Shown here: positions 16,789-26,800 of the stretch, one piece after another
How the letters are laid out: each line of letters opens with the position of its first letter
Position numbering within the stretch: position 1 is the first letter of the stretch
Origin: a virus
Taxonomy: Duplodnaviria > Caudoviricetes
IMG/VR virus record: IMGVR_UViG_3300043496_000172
Coordinates: 1-57,301 of that record
Length of the DNA: 57,301 bases
Reading direction: 5' to 3' (one strand)
Program-made: the position numbers and the translations under genes
The notes under the pieces: model-generated
What the model saw: the letters and a program-made list of their open reading frames with translations, nothing else
Told to the model about the DNA's origin: nothing
The model's database searches: none

Positions 16789-19454
16789 GAGCTGGGGTCC
16801 ACGGGCGCAGCAGTTTCGGTGACCTGCACGATGGCGATACTGGCGAGGTACAGAGAACGGAAGTGGACAACCTTCCCGGCCGGGACGCTGACATTGGCGA
16901 ACCAGCGGTTGCCTTCCTCATCCCGGACACAGATGTAGGGAACATCATCCCAGGCCATATCGCGGATACTGGTGAAGTCCTCCAGCGTAGGCGGACTGAT
17001 CGCTGCCGCCTGGATAAGCAATGTTCGAGTGAAGTTGGTGCCGCCCCGCTCCAGAGGCCGGAAAGCAACGACGAAGTCTCTGTTGTACATGGTCTGGTAT
17101 GCCTGACCGGATGCCTCAGGGAAGTTGAAGTCCTCAACCACCTCCCCTTCCCAGCCCAGACAGTAGGCCAGGTTACTGCCACCGTCCTGGCGCGCGTTGG
17201 TAGTGAACGCCAGGAGCTGCGAGTCAGAGGTGATAGATGTACCCGAGACCCCAGGCGAGGGAGTGATGGTGGTTACGGTGCTAGACCAGGGTCCAGGGAA
17301 GTCGTAGACGTCCACACTTCGCATGCGGTATGAGGTACTGATACCGATACGGGCCTCAAAGTCCGCGAAGCCCGAGGTAGCCGGAGACGAGGCTGTCATG
17401 ATCGTCTGCCAGTCAGTCAACGTATCCATACGTTGAAGTTCATAGGAACCGAACCCGGAAACTGGGATGCCGCTAGAGGTAGGAGTCCAGGAGATCCAGT
17501 TGTATCCGATCCCATCAGGTACAAACTCTGGCGTATCCAGGCAGTCCAGCCCGATACCCGTCAAGGTCTGGGTTCGAGAAGCAACGGAGAATCCAGTAAC
17601 CGTGGGCATATCCTGCGCAAACAGCAGTACCGCATCCGAGGTGGCATCATCGGACGCCGCAGACACAGGTGGCGCATATTGAGGCAGCCAGCCCATGTTC
17701 ACCGTAGAACCAGCTGAAGGTTGACCGTAGGTGGCCACAGAAAGTTGGTTCGGACTGGGGACGAGGTTCAACCAGTTGCCTGGAACTCCAGACACAGCCG
17801 GTGCGGTAGCCCCGAGCACCTCCCAGCGGTTCCCCTTCAGCTCACCGGTTGCTGACCAGGTGAACTGAGGTGTGGTACCTGCCCCCATGACGGGTACCGA
17901 GATGAACCTCAGCGTTACTTCCTTCCACCCGTCCACGAGTTCATCCAGGGCATCGAACTGGCTGGCGGTAACAGAAATAGTGTTCGCTGGAGTAAGAGTT
18001 TGAGTGAGCGTCAACGGGATCGTCGTGGTACCGAACCGGCGTGCATAGAACCGAACCCAGGGGAACGATGCGGAACCGCCAGCAGCAGAATCAAGAATCT
18101 CCTGAGTAACTGTGTTCGAACCATAGACCTGGCCAACAGCCTGCTGTCCGTAGACATGTACCTCGGTCAGCGGACCACCAGAGGCATGCAGCGTGACCTG
18201 GGGCAGTGTCACAATCTGCTCGCTGGAGAACACCTCGCCCGGAATGTTAGTGACGTTCACCTGAACACCGATATGCGAAGTCAATGGATACAGCTCACGA
18301 AGCGAGTTCAGCGTGGGGTAGGTGTTTGAATCAGCTGGACGAGAAGTGTCACTAATCGTCAGCGGACCGTTCAGGTCTCCGATGTCGGCGGACGAAATGG
18401 CCACCGTGTATTCACCAGCGGGAAGAACCGGATTTACCGTCAGGGTAGCCGGGTCACGAAGCTGGAGAACGTTCGCTCCATAGTTGTATTCGCTGGCGAG
18501 TAGGCGCGAAGTAGCGAAGCCGAAGCCACCCCCGCCATAGGCAACCCGCTGCTCTTCGCAGTAGATCACCTCCAGTGCCGCGTAGCCGATCTCGTAGATG
18601 CCAGCCCAGTCTGTTCCGTTGGTGGCACCGAACTCGATGTGCATTCGATACCGGTTAGCTCCAGCGGTGGCCTCGAACCGGGCCAGCTCCTCGTACCGCC
18701 ACGGCATCTTGATAGAGGTCTGAGTAACGGAAGGATTGGCCCAGACGTGGTTAACCTCGCCCAGCTCACGTTTCGCAATCTGGGTGACAGCGGCCAGCCG
18801 ACCAATCGGCGGGTTCAGCGTAAGGAGAGCGGCGCCTGCTGAATCAACCCGGGAACAGAACGGAACGTTGATGACATTGCTTGGGTCAGTTCCCGTCTCC
18901 AACGACAGGGACTGGTCGAATGTGTAGTCCACGTTTGGTGATGCCGGCGCGTTGGTGGCATTGCTGGGATCCCAGGCCAGCTGGTACAGGAAATTGACTG
19001 CGAGAATCCGTTTGCCTGTAAGCAGCTGCGCATAGGCCGAAGTGTTGAAGAACATGTCCAGCGTCTTCGGACTGGAGTTCCCGTTGGGGGCCGCACTGAG
19101 ACCATATCCATCGCCAGGCGAGGCAAGCGACTGAACCAGAGAGCTGCCTCCAGTGATGACGCTGCCGCTCGTGGAGCCGTTGTTGCAGGGGATGACGACA
19201 GAGTTAATGGGACCTGTTTTGTCTTCCAGGCCAGTGGGATACACGGTGGCCAGGTAAACCTGATTCCCGACATATCCCGGGGGCAACTCCTTGACGTAGA
19301 AGCGTGCGTCGGTAACCTGTCTCGGCTGGGACAGCCGGAACCGGTGTCCTTGCTCTACAAGGTTCACGGAGGGGGAGAATGTGGCGCCCTCATTGCGGAT
19401 CGGCACGAACTCCTGGCCAAGAATGCGCGGAGCGTGCGGGTTGTATACGCCCAT
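16785..19454 (-). CDS. Large minor tail protein
   Basis: Directly after tape measure; 889 aa, beta-rich, FN3-like segment. Confidence 0.7.
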   Translation of the reverse strand: MGVYNPHAPRILGQEFVPIRNEGATFSPSVNLVEQGHRFRLSQPRQVTDARFYVKELPPGYVGNQVYLATVYPTGLEDKTGPINSVVIPCNNGSTSGSVITGGSSLVQSLASPGDGYGLSAAPNGNSSPKTLDMFFNTSAYAQLLTGKRILAVNFLYQLAWDPSNATNAPASPNVDYTFDQSLSLETGTDPSNVINVPFCSRVDSAGAALLTLNPPIGRLAAVTQIAKRELGEVNHVWANPSVTQTSIKMPWRYEELARFEATAGANRYRMHIEFGATNGTDWAGIYEIGYAALEVIYCEEQRVAYGGGGFGFATSRLLASEYNYGANVLQLRDPATLTVNPVLPAGEYTVAISSADIGDLNGPLTISDTSRPADSNTYPTLNSLRELYPLTSHIGVQVNVTNIPGEVFSSEQIVTLPQVTLHASGGPLTEVHVYGQQAVGQVYGSNTVTQEILDSAAGGSASFPWVRFYARRFGTTTIPLTLTQTLTPANTISVTASQFDALDELVDGWKEVTLRFISVPVMGAGTTPQFTWSATGELKGNRWEVLGATAPAVSGVPGNWLNLVPSPNQLSVATYGQPSAGSTVNMGWLPQYAPPVSAASDDATSDAVLLFAQDMPTVTGFSVASRTQTLTGIGLDCLDTPEFVPDGIGYNWISWTPTSSGIPVSGFGSYELQRMDTLTDWQTIMTASSPATSGFADFEARIGISTSYRMRSVDVYDFPGPWSSTVTTITPSPGVSGTSITSDSQLLAFTTNARQDGGSNLAYCLGWEGEVVEDFNFPEASGQAYQTMYNRDFVVAFRPLERGGTNFTRTLLIQAAAISPPTLEDFTSIRDMAWDDVPYICVRDEEGNRWFANVSVPAGKVVHFRSLYLASIAIVQVTETAAPVDPSS

Positions 19455-21454
19455 TACAGAGTCCTCACCGCGATACGGGTACTGCGTGCTGCCAACTGAT
19501 CCATTACTCCGGCTCCCACAGCAGAGCCGGCTGCGTTCATCTGAGCCTGAGTGGGTACCGACCCGGTGAAGTTCACGTTGATCGCGTTGGCTCCGAAGTT
19601 CACCGTGCTGGTATTGCTGTTCATGGCCAGGCCGCCAATACCATCAGTGAAGTCTCCGAGCAGGTTTCGGATGTCGTAGGCGCCGTTGACAAGTCCTTGA
19701 CCGAATCCTTCCATGACTGCTTCGCCGGCCGGGACAAGGATCTTGCGGTCCTTATCTTCCGGGCCTTTCCAGTCGGGCAGCATGTTTGTAATGCTGGACA
19801 GGGCATTGCGGAGATTCGGAATCGCCTGCTTGATTCCGTTGATGAGGCCCTGAATCAGGTTCTTGCCGGCGTTCAACAGTAGAGTTCCTAGATCCCCGAT
19901 CGCATCTCGGATCGTTGAGGGCAGTGATGTAGCAAATGCCCTCACCTCATCCTTGGATGAGGTGAACCAACCTTTGATTTTCTCAACAAGTCCGAGGATC
20001 TTGTCCCCTACCCAGGTGAAGAAGTCGCCTACCGCAGGTAGCGCTGTACCTGTTAGCCATACGACAAAAGCCTGAACCGAGGCGATTAGGAAGAGGACTG
20101 CTTCTACGGAGAAAATGAAGACATAGAGACTGTTGATCAGAATCTCAACGATTGCCACCATCGCCCGGAAGCCGGCCTCTGTCGCGAGGAAGGCGGCGAA
20201 CTGGTTCAGGATCGCGGTGATGGTCTTGATCAGTTCAACGCCGCCCGCGTTATTTAGCGTAGCCAGGAAGGATGCGATGACCTTGAAGGTGGCTGCTAGC
20301 AGTGGACCCAAGGACTTCAAGGTATCCAGCATTGAGTTAAGCCAGTCATTGAACCCGCCGCTGGCCGTTACCTCTAGCAGTTTATCGCCGAGATAGGTAA
20401 GACCAGAGGTGAGCAGGTCGCCCAGCTTTGACAGGAAGGGGATCGAGGCATCTGCAACCTGGATCAGTCCTTCCAGCACGCGGGCCAGGGCTGGGCCGAA
20501 GCTGTTGATCCAATGCAGCGTCGCTGGGATGATGCGGTTAATGAAATGATCAAACTCAGGTCCGGCGAAGACTCCCAAGACTGTGGCTGCCGCTCGACCC
20601 AGAGCAAAGGCAATGTCATCAACACTGGTACGTAACTGCCACTCAACATTGTCAAAGACTTTGGTAACCGCGTTGCCAAGACCGAGAAAGAAACCCTGCT
20701 GCGAAGAACGCTTCAGGTCCCGGAACAGGTCCCGGAGCGGGATTAACGACTTTACGAAGCTCTGGGCAGCTGGAGTGAGGCCCTTCAGTGCTTCGTTGAA
20801 CTCCTTAACGTTGGTGGCGGCAAAGACCCCGGAGATAGCTTCACCGATGCCATCGAAGGCAAGCAGTAATACGCCGACCTGAAGACCTACGGCCCCGATA
20901 ACGGCGGGGAGGGTGGCGAACGCTGCCGCGAGACCATTTACCGCCTGGATTGCTGCACCAATAGCGGCGGCAATGGAGCCAAATAAAGGGATCAGGAGGG
21001 CGATAAGGGGGGAGCGACCTGAAATATTGAAGGAGGCCCCGATGGCATCACTGAATCCCTGGCCGATCTTACTGAAGATGCCTCCACCACCGCTGGCGGC
21101 GGAGCGGGTGAAAGCATCTTCGACTTCTTCTTGAATGCTATCCACGGCACGGGAGATGAACTGCCCATTTTTCCCGCGAAGGTTCCACCGTAGCTTTGGC
21201 TTGATGTCTAGGGATTCTTTTTCTACGCCATCGACCAGGGAGCGGGCGATCCGGGGACCAGCTCGTCCGACCTCTTTCTCAACCCCGTCGCCTAGGCGTC
21301 CGCCAACCTTTTCTCCGGTTTTTTCGGCTTCGGGAAGGTTGGCTGTCGTCGCTGAATCCAGGCCCCGGCGAAGGTCCCCCTCGACCTGGTCGGTGTTTGC
21401 GTGCACGTTGATGTACGCGTCACCGAGGCTGCCAGCACCGAGGGGTCCAGTCAC
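19454..21454 (-). CDS. Tape measure protein
   Basis: LGDAYINVHA start; Ala/Gly/Leu helical repeats; AGKNLIQGLING. Confidence 0.85.
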   Translation of the reverse strand: MTGPLGAGSLGDAYINVHANTDQVEGDLRRGLDSATTANLPEAEKTGEKVGGRLGDGVEKEVGRAGPRIARSLVDGVEKESLDIKPKLRWNLRGKNGQFISRAVDSIQEEVEDAFTRSAASGGGGIFSKIGQGFSDAIGASFNISGRSPLIALLIPLFGSIAAAIGAAIQAVNGLAAAFATLPAVIGAVGLQVGVLLLAFDGIGEAISGVFAATNVKEFNEALKGLTPAAQSFVKSLIPLRDLFRDLKRSSQQGFFLGLGNAVTKVFDNVEWQLRTSVDDIAFALGRAAATVLGVFAGPEFDHFINRIIPATLHWINSFGPALARVLEGLIQVADASIPFLSKLGDLLTSGLTYLGDKLLEVTASGGFNDWLNSMLDTLKSLGPLLAATFKVIASFLATLNNAGGVELIKTITAILNQFAAFLATEAGFRAMVAIVEILINSLYVFIFSVEAVLFLIASVQAFVVWLTGTALPAVGDFFTWVGDKILGLVEKIKGWFTSSKDEVRAFATSLPSTIRDAIGDLGTLLLNAGKNLIQGLINGIKQAIPNLRNALSSITNMLPDWKGPEDKDRKILVPAGEAVMEGFGQGLVNGAYDIRNLLGDFTDGIGGLAMNSNTSTVNFGANAINVNFTGSVPTQAQMNAAGSAVGAGVMDQLAARSTRIAVRTL

Positions 21455-21496
21455 ATCATCATCATACGAAACAAAACGGGCGAGATGGTACTACTC

Positions 21497-22090
21497 CTAT
21501 CCGGCCATGGCCATGAAGGCGTCCACCGACATTTCCTGATCTGACTCATCTCCCCAACCCGGGGGAGGGAGTTCTAGCTTCAACAGGAACATCTGTCTCT
21601 TGGACTCTTCCATTGCCAGCAAGATGTTGCGGTACAAGACATCCAGCCAGGCACCGAGAGGCATGACGGTGGAGTCGTGTCCCGCCATTTCAGATGCCAG
21701 CGCATCCCAGTTCGCTTTGGCGATGTAACACAGTCGCAGTGCCACCCAGAATTCCCGGCCAGCGGCCTGAGTCAGAACCTCGAAGCCAGCCTCATTGACG
21801 TCGACCCAATCAACCTGCCCCTGATGAAGGAGACGCTCCACCTCCAGTCTGTCTGGCTCGGGGAGCAGGCCAGGGAAGAAGTCATCCCCGAGAAGATTGG
21901 GTTTCCAGATCACCTGGATCCAGTCCGAGGCCGGCAATGCCGGGATGGTGAACTCCTGGCCGCAACAGGTAACGACCATCGGCCAGGTAGCCAACGAGGC
22001 CAGCGGATCGGTGATGAGCTTGGGCAGTGCGGGGGTAGAACTTGACCCCGGGCTAGGAAGCGATTGCGGCCTTGCGCGGCGGCCGGCCAC
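21497..22090 (-). CDS. Tail assembly chaperone (downstream)
   Basis: Position just before tape measure. Confidence 0.6.
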   Translation of the reverse strand: MAGRRARPQSLPSPGSSSTPALPKLITDPLASLATWPMVVTCCGQEFTIPALPASDWIQVIWKPNLLGDDFFPGLLPEPDRLEVERLLHQGQVDWVDVNEAGFEVLTQAAGREFWVALRLCYIAKANWDALASEMAGHDSTVMPLGAWLDVLYRNILLAMEESKRQMFLLKLELPPPGWGDESDQEMSVDAFMAMAG

Positions 22091-22412
22091 GCTTCACCGT
22101 CACCTTCGGTGCGTCAGCTTCCTGGAAGGAAGTCAGGAAACCAAGAAATGTTGCTAGCTCCGTTCGACCAGCCCGAGTTTCGGCTAGAACAAAATCCTTG
22201 TCCTGCTGCTGAACGATGACCGACTCAAACATGTCCATGATCCCGCCAGCCAGGGAAAGCTTGTCGCGGTTGGATACGGTGACGTCTTCCAATCGAGCGG
22301 CGTCTCTTGCCAGGAGTACCAGCTGGGCATCCTTCAGTTCACGGACGACGATCGTTCGTCCGTTAATTTCCACAAGTCGCGTGTCGTTTTCTTTTGCCAT
22401 GCTAGAGATCAT
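22053..22412 (-). CDS. Tail assembly chaperone
   Basis: Position and size. Confidence 0.6.
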   Translation of the reverse strand: MISSMAKENDTRLVEINGRTIVVRELKDAQLVLLARDAARLEDVTVSNRDKLSLAGGIMDMFESVIVQQQDKDFVLAETRAGRTELATFLGFLTSFQEADAPKVTVKRGRPPRKAAIAS

Positions 22413-22851
22413 AGTTCCGGAGTTGGAAGTTGTACCTCCGGGTCACAACCAGAAGGGGAATCCGGAGATACGCCTTCCCGGTCTGCCCTGGGTGCCGCAC
22501 CTCTTTCAGGGAAACTACGTGGCTCACCTTGCGCCAGTAGAAGATCAGTCGGCCACCAACCTGTCGTGGGCGGATGGGATGCGCCGTGGCCCCCTTCTCC
22601 ACGCTTGCCGCGTACGGAAAACGGCGTCCGCTGATACCGATGCGGGCCGTCACAATGTAAGGCCCGTACTGGATTTGGTGTTGGAGTCCTCGAACCAGGT
22701 TGCCATGAGTGTAGGGACCGAAGGCCAGGATGTTTCTGGCTCCGTCTTCGATCTCGTCAACTACACGAGTCACGAGACGACGGGCACCTTCGATGGACTG
22801 GGTCCGAACCTGGAACTGATCTATTTGGACTCGGTAGGTAGTGTCTGCCAT
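22402..22851 (-). CDS. HK97 gp10-like tail completion protein
   Basis: YAASVEKGATAHPIRP...VRHPG. Confidence 0.75.
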   Translation of the reverse strand: MADTTYRVQIDQFQVRTQSIEGARRLVTRVVDEIEDGARNILAFGPYTHGNLVRGLQHQIQYGPYIVTARIGISGRRFPYAASVEKGATAHPIRPRQVGGRLIFYWRKVSHVVSLKEVRHPGQTGKAYLRIPLLVVTRRYNFQLRNYDL

Positions 22852-22988
22852 CTGCCCACGATCCTCATGTAGTCGCTGGCCACGAGATGAGCCCAGCGTT
22901 CATCCAGGATCGCATCAATCCTGTCTCCGACGGCGAACTGGTCGAAGTTCTTCAACGCTTCCAGGCGGACGTAGTCAGACTCAGCCAC
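22821..22988 (-). CDS. Small hypothetical protein (55 aa)
   Basis: GTG-start ORF filling the gap; not in the ORF track. Confidence 0.4.
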   Translation of the reverse strand: MAESDYVRLEALKNFDQFAVGDRIDAILDERWAHLVASDYMRIVGRWQTLPTESK

Positions 22989-24198
22989 AGGTGCATTCTA
23001 GGTTCGGGAACTGAACGGTGACGTTGACGTAACGTTCGACGCAGCCACCTTGGGGATTTGCCTGGACTTGTCGGTTAATGACAACAGACATTCCGTCAAA
23101 AATGGTGCCCTGTAGCGTCGTGACGACGTAGGTGCGGAAGCAGCATGAAGCCAGTCGCAGAGCATGGGCGTCGATCAGATTCTGTTCAGCGGCAGCGAGC
23201 CAGTCCGCATCAGTAGGCGGCTCGCCATCAGGTTGCCCGGTCGGAGAGCAACGGACAATGCCCATCTTGAAGTCCTGAGCCCAGGAACCAGGCGCACATG
23301 AGCCATGGATCTGACGGATGACGTCCTGATCCGGGAATGAGCTGTCCGATATCCACGTATCCCCGAGCAGCGTGTACGCGAGACCTTCACAGCACAGGTC
23401 GGTGTACTGCCCCAAGTCGTAGACGACTTCCGTGCCCACGCGAGGAGCGATATGTCCGGGCGGGTTCGGCAGGCTGTTGACTGCTCCTCGCAGGCAGTCC
23501 AGAAGACCGGCATACAGCAACGGGACCAGGTCCAGCGAACCTGGTCCTGGTGCTCCGGAAACAGTGGGGGCACCGAACGTCACCGGGATAGTGATGCCGT
23601 CCGGGACGATAGTCATAGAGGTGTCGGTGACGCTGGGAGCACCCAGGTTGATCGTGACTGTGATGCCGTCAGGACTGACCGCGTTGCCGCCGGCCTCTTC
23701 GAATACGACGTCAACAAAGAAGCAGTTGCCGTTAAAGAAGCTGGTGGGATACGCCAATCCAGGCGCGGACTGGAGGAATTTACCGTTGCGTCGTGGCGTG
23801 ACAGTGTCGTCGGCGGGTGCCGTCAGGGTGCCGTTGGTAACCGAGGTGCCGTTGAAGAAACCGCCAGTTGCTACATACCGGTCTTGAGTGAAGACGACGG
23901 CAACGTAGAAAGTGCCGGCGGTGATAGGCACCGCAGAAGGCAGAGCGGTCGTGTTCCAGGTTCCGGCCACCGGGGCAACGAAGTTGGCCTGGGAGATCAG
24001 GGTGCCGAGACCATCGCTGGTCCAGCTGTAGAGGGCACCGATGACTGTGCCGGTCGGTAGGACGGTGGGAAAAAACCAGCGGATGTGGGTGACGTTCCCG
24101 TTGGCTGATGAGGAGAAAACAGTGCCGATGTTCTGTGTTACGGCATCGTTCTGATTCCCCAGGACCGGGGTCTGTGAGGTGAAGATACTGGTTGCCAT
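22981..24198 (-). CDS. DUF4082-like domain fused to a Cys-rich tail-terminator-like domain
   Basis: IGTVFSSSANGNVTHIRW...NCFFVDVVF; C-terminal CCEGLAY...GIVRC...PQGGC. Confidence 0.65.
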   Translation of the reverse strand: MATSIFTSQTPVLGNQNDAVTQNIGTVFSSSANGNVTHIRWFFPTVLPTGTVIGALYSWTSDGLGTLISQANFVAPVAGTWNTTALPSAVPITAGTFYVAVVFTQDRYVATGGFFNGTSVTNGTLTAPADDTVTPRRNGKFLQSAPGLAYPTSFFNGNCFFVDVVFEEAGGNAVSPDGITVTINLGAPSVTDTSMTIVPDGITIPVTFGAPTVSGAPGPGSLDLVPLLYAGLLDCLRGAVNSLPNPPGHIAPRVGTEVVYDLGQYTDLCCEGLAYTLLGDTWISDSSFPDQDVIRQIHGSCAPGSWAQDFKMGIVRCSPTGQPDGEPPTDADWLAAAEQNLIDAHALRLASCCFRTYVVTTLQGTIFDGMSVVINRQVQANPQGGCVERYVNVTVQFPNLECTCG

Positions 24199-24201
24199 CG
24201 G

Positions 24202-24630
24202 CTACACCAGCGCAAAAATCTTCGCCGCTCCCGCAGACCAGGTGATACTGACTGCCCCTGTCCCTGGCTGGATCGGAAGCCCGGTCCCAGTGTCGTAGTA
24301 CGCGATCAGAAGCTGCTGGTTGGCCGGTAGGTCCGCGCCACCTGTGACAGCTGACGTCTGAGCCACGATCAAAACGTGGTTCGAGCCGGACGCGGTAGCG
24401 GACACTGAGCTGTCGTCAGCATCGAAGACACCACCAGTCACGCTCGGGTTGACCAACGCTGCTGAAGTCCCGTTGATGACACCGCCCGCACCAGTTACAT
24501 CCGCCACCGTGGTGTGAGCAGCGCTGAAGGTGTATCCACGCACCAGCATCGCCTTCACAGAGGCAACAGTCAGGTCAAAATCAGCGAGCAGTGCACCGGA
24601 CTTGAAGTTCGTGTAGGCAGCGTTAGCCAT
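24202..24630 (-). CDS. Virion structural protein
   Basis: MANAAY...GVFDADD...LIAYYD family; position. Confidence 0.6.
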   Translation of the reverse strand: MANAAYTNFKSGALLADFDLTVASVKAMLVRGYTFSAAHTTVADVTGAGGVINGTSAALVNPSVTGGVFDADDSSVSATASGSNHVLIVAQTSAVTGGADLPANQQLLIAYYDTGTGLPIQPGTGAVSITWSAGAAKIFALV

Positions 24631-25511
24631 CAGCCTTGCCCCCAGGTTGTTTCACGGATAACAGGAAGGTCAGGGGACGCAATCGACATCCGGGATGGCA
24701 ACCGGCCCGGATTGATGTGTTGGATGATGCTGTCCACTGTCGTCAAGCCAGTCAGCCCGTTCTGTAACAACTGGTCCACATCGGCAAGACTGACAGTTAC
24801 ACCTTGTCGGGCGATGGAGGTAACCCGCTGCGGCAAACGACAGGCGGCCCCAATGCAGTTCTTGATCCATTCGCACGCCAGCTCCCCCGCTGCTCGTTGC
24901 AGGATGCCGGGGACAGCCCTTCCCCACAGGTAGGACACCTCCCAGACGTGATCATTGTCGGTAGGTGCGAGAGATCCGGAGACCGGAAAGTCGTAGTCGT
25001 TGTGCCAGGGCAGGCCACCGTCGGTAGCAGTGATCGGAGTGGTAGCCAGGTTGGGACCTTGTCGAACCAGCCACTCGTAGTTGTCTACCCGGTACGTTGA
25101 CGGGTCCACAATGACGCCGTTACTGAATTTGACCTCAACGATTCCGGATACCGGCGGAGTCAACCACACCTGATCTGTGGGCCGGCAGCGGTGACAGCCC
25201 GCCCCGTTGCCGCACCAACAGTTACGCCACACACCGTTGAGGATGTATGGGAACCAGACCCCATCGCCCCAGTAGTAACCGGAGCCCCAGCCGAAGTTGT
25301 CCTCGCAGTCTTTACCGCAGGGACGCACAGTCCGCAGGCAGGCCCCATACCGGCGACCGGTCGCCGCCCAAATCGAGAGGGCGGCATACTCTGCTGCCGC
25401 TGTCTGAAGTGCCAGTGTCTGATCGGCCCAGATGTCACAGCATCCGGCATCTACGGTCCAGTTGCAGGGCAGCCCGGGGACTGAGTCGGTGAACACGGTG
25501 ATTGTGGCCAA
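24630..25511 (-). CDS. Head-to-tail adaptor
   Basis: ATGRRYG.C...AAGELACE...CRLPQRVTSIARQGV...TGL..VD. Confidence 0.8.
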   Translation of the reverse strand: MATITVFTDSVPGLPCNWTVDAGCCDIWADQTLALQTAAAEYAALSIWAATGRRYGACLRTVRPCGKDCEDNFGWGSGYYWGDGVWFPYILNGVWRNCWCGNGAGCHRCRPTDQVWLTPPVSGIVEVKFSNGVIVDPSTYRVDNYEWLVRQGPNLATTPITATDGGLPWHNDYDFPVSGSLAPTDNDHVWEVSYLWGRAVPGILQRAAGELACEWIKNCIGAACRLPQRVTSIARQGVTVSLADVDQLLQNGLTGLTTVDSIIQHINPGRLPSRMSIASPDLPVIRETTWGQG

Positions 25512-25547
25512 CTCAGCCCCCCTTCAGTATCTGTCGTCTAGATCAGG

Positions 25548-25865
25548 TTACGGGGTCGGCGGCGGGTTGTCGGACCCGTCTGCGTCCCCGACTTCAGCGT
25601 CGAATGCGTCAACCTTCGCGGTCAAGGCATCGAGCGCTGCCTGGCCAGCTGCTCCCAGGTTGTCTCGGTCGGCTTCCAGTGCCGCAAGTGCGGCCCGGAC
25701 ATCGGCGATGAGGTCGGTTACCTTGACGTCCAGGGCTCCGATTGCCTCGGCTTCATTCATGGTCAACTCCTTCAGTGGTAGTAGCTGCTCTGCCATAATC
25801 TGGCGGATCTCATTGGCCGTGGGGCCGTTGATGTTGATAGTTACCAGTCCGGCCAGGTCTGCCAT
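25548..25865 (-). CDS. Hypothetical coiled-coil protein
   Basis: Packed ORF in structural operon. Confidence 0.6.
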   Translation of the reverse strand: MADLAGLVTININGPTANEIRQIMAEQLLPLKELTMNEAEAIGALDVKVTDLIADVRAALAALEADRDNLGAAGQAALDALTAKVDAFDAEVGDADGSDNPPPTP

Positions 25866-25868
25866 GTA

Positions 25869-26588
25869 CTAGCCCGGAGTCAGACTGGAAAGAGTGCTAC
25901 ATCCACATGCCGACGTGGGTGGTGCCAGTCGGGTAAGGAACATCCGGTGATGCTGTGTCGACAGGATCGGCGTCAACAGCGGAATCGGAGTGTTGAGGTT
26001 GGCGGTCGCATCGGACAGGTCGATGTTGTATGGACCGGTGCCCCAGTTGGAATTTGCCTGCGTCCGGGCGTTGACAACAAAGTTGGCCGCACCGTTTTCG
26101 AAGGTGATGTCACCGACGGTTCCCTCAATGACCCAGGGGAACAGGGCATAGCCGTATTCCACGCCACCGGTACAGGCCGGACCACCCACCACGGAGGCGA
26201 GTCGGGTCCAGCCTTCCAGGGCGAAGGAGGCTGAAGCAGCCGACCCTTCCTGGGTACTGAAACCGGTAGCGCGTGGCGAAGGAGCGTTGTCCAGAACCAG
26301 CGGCTCAGACGTCATGATGTTCACGAGTTCCGGGTCCACGTTGCACAACGTGATCACCAGGTTGATCCACTTCAGGATCGGCGGGTTCGTCTGCTTGACG
26401 CAGAACACACCGTCACCGTTCTTGATGAAGAACTCCTCGCGGTCCTCGTACTCCTTCGTCATCTCAATGGAGATGATTCCGTCGGAGACCACGGTGGAAC
26501 AGCCGGTAACCGGAACACCACAGTTGACGTCAACCTTCGTCGCCCGGATGCGTGGAACCTTGAAGGGGGTATAGCAAATCGAGGTCAC
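25869..26588 (-). CDS. Major tail protein
   Basis: RATKVD..CG.P...NGDG.FC...FALEGW...YALFPW...NWGTGPY. Confidence 0.8.
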   Translation of the reverse strand: MTSICYTPFKVPRIRATKVDVNCGVPVTGCSTVVSDGIISIEMTKEYEDREEFFIKNGDGVFCVKQTNPPILKWINLVITLCNVDPELVNIMTSEPLVLDNAPSPRATGFSTQEGSAASASFALEGWTRLASVVGGPACTGGVEYGYALFPWVIEGTVGDITFENGAANFVVNARTQANSNWGTGPYNIDLSDATANLNTPIPLLTPILSTQHHRMFLTRLAPPTSACGCSTLSSLTPG

Positions 26589-26800
26589 TTCTGACTCCGC
26601 TTCTTTCGGACAGGCAGCGAAGGCTGTTCGGTTTCCAGATCCATGTAGCGCAGGAACCGGTCATACAGGTATTCGGGAATCACCAGGCCGAGACCCGGTG
26701 TGTCCGTTGTGGTAGCGACATCGTTGATGTCGTTCGCGAGGCTGAACAGAATTCGGGCATGGACCGGAAACTGTTCAGTTGTCGGCGTCAGCGTGATCAT
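26585..26800 (-). CDS. Small hypothetical structural-region protein
   Basis: ATGA overlap (MITLTP start). Confidence 0.6.
   Translation of the reverse strand: MITLTPTTEQFPVHARILFSLANDINDVATTTDTPGLGLVIPEYLYDRFLRYMDLETEQPSLPVRKKRSQK

Noticed and set aside
22053-22100. Programmed -1 frameshift between tail chaperones
   Set aside because: No XXXYYYZ slippery heptamer in the overlap, and an in-frame stop lies just upstream of the second ORF's GTG
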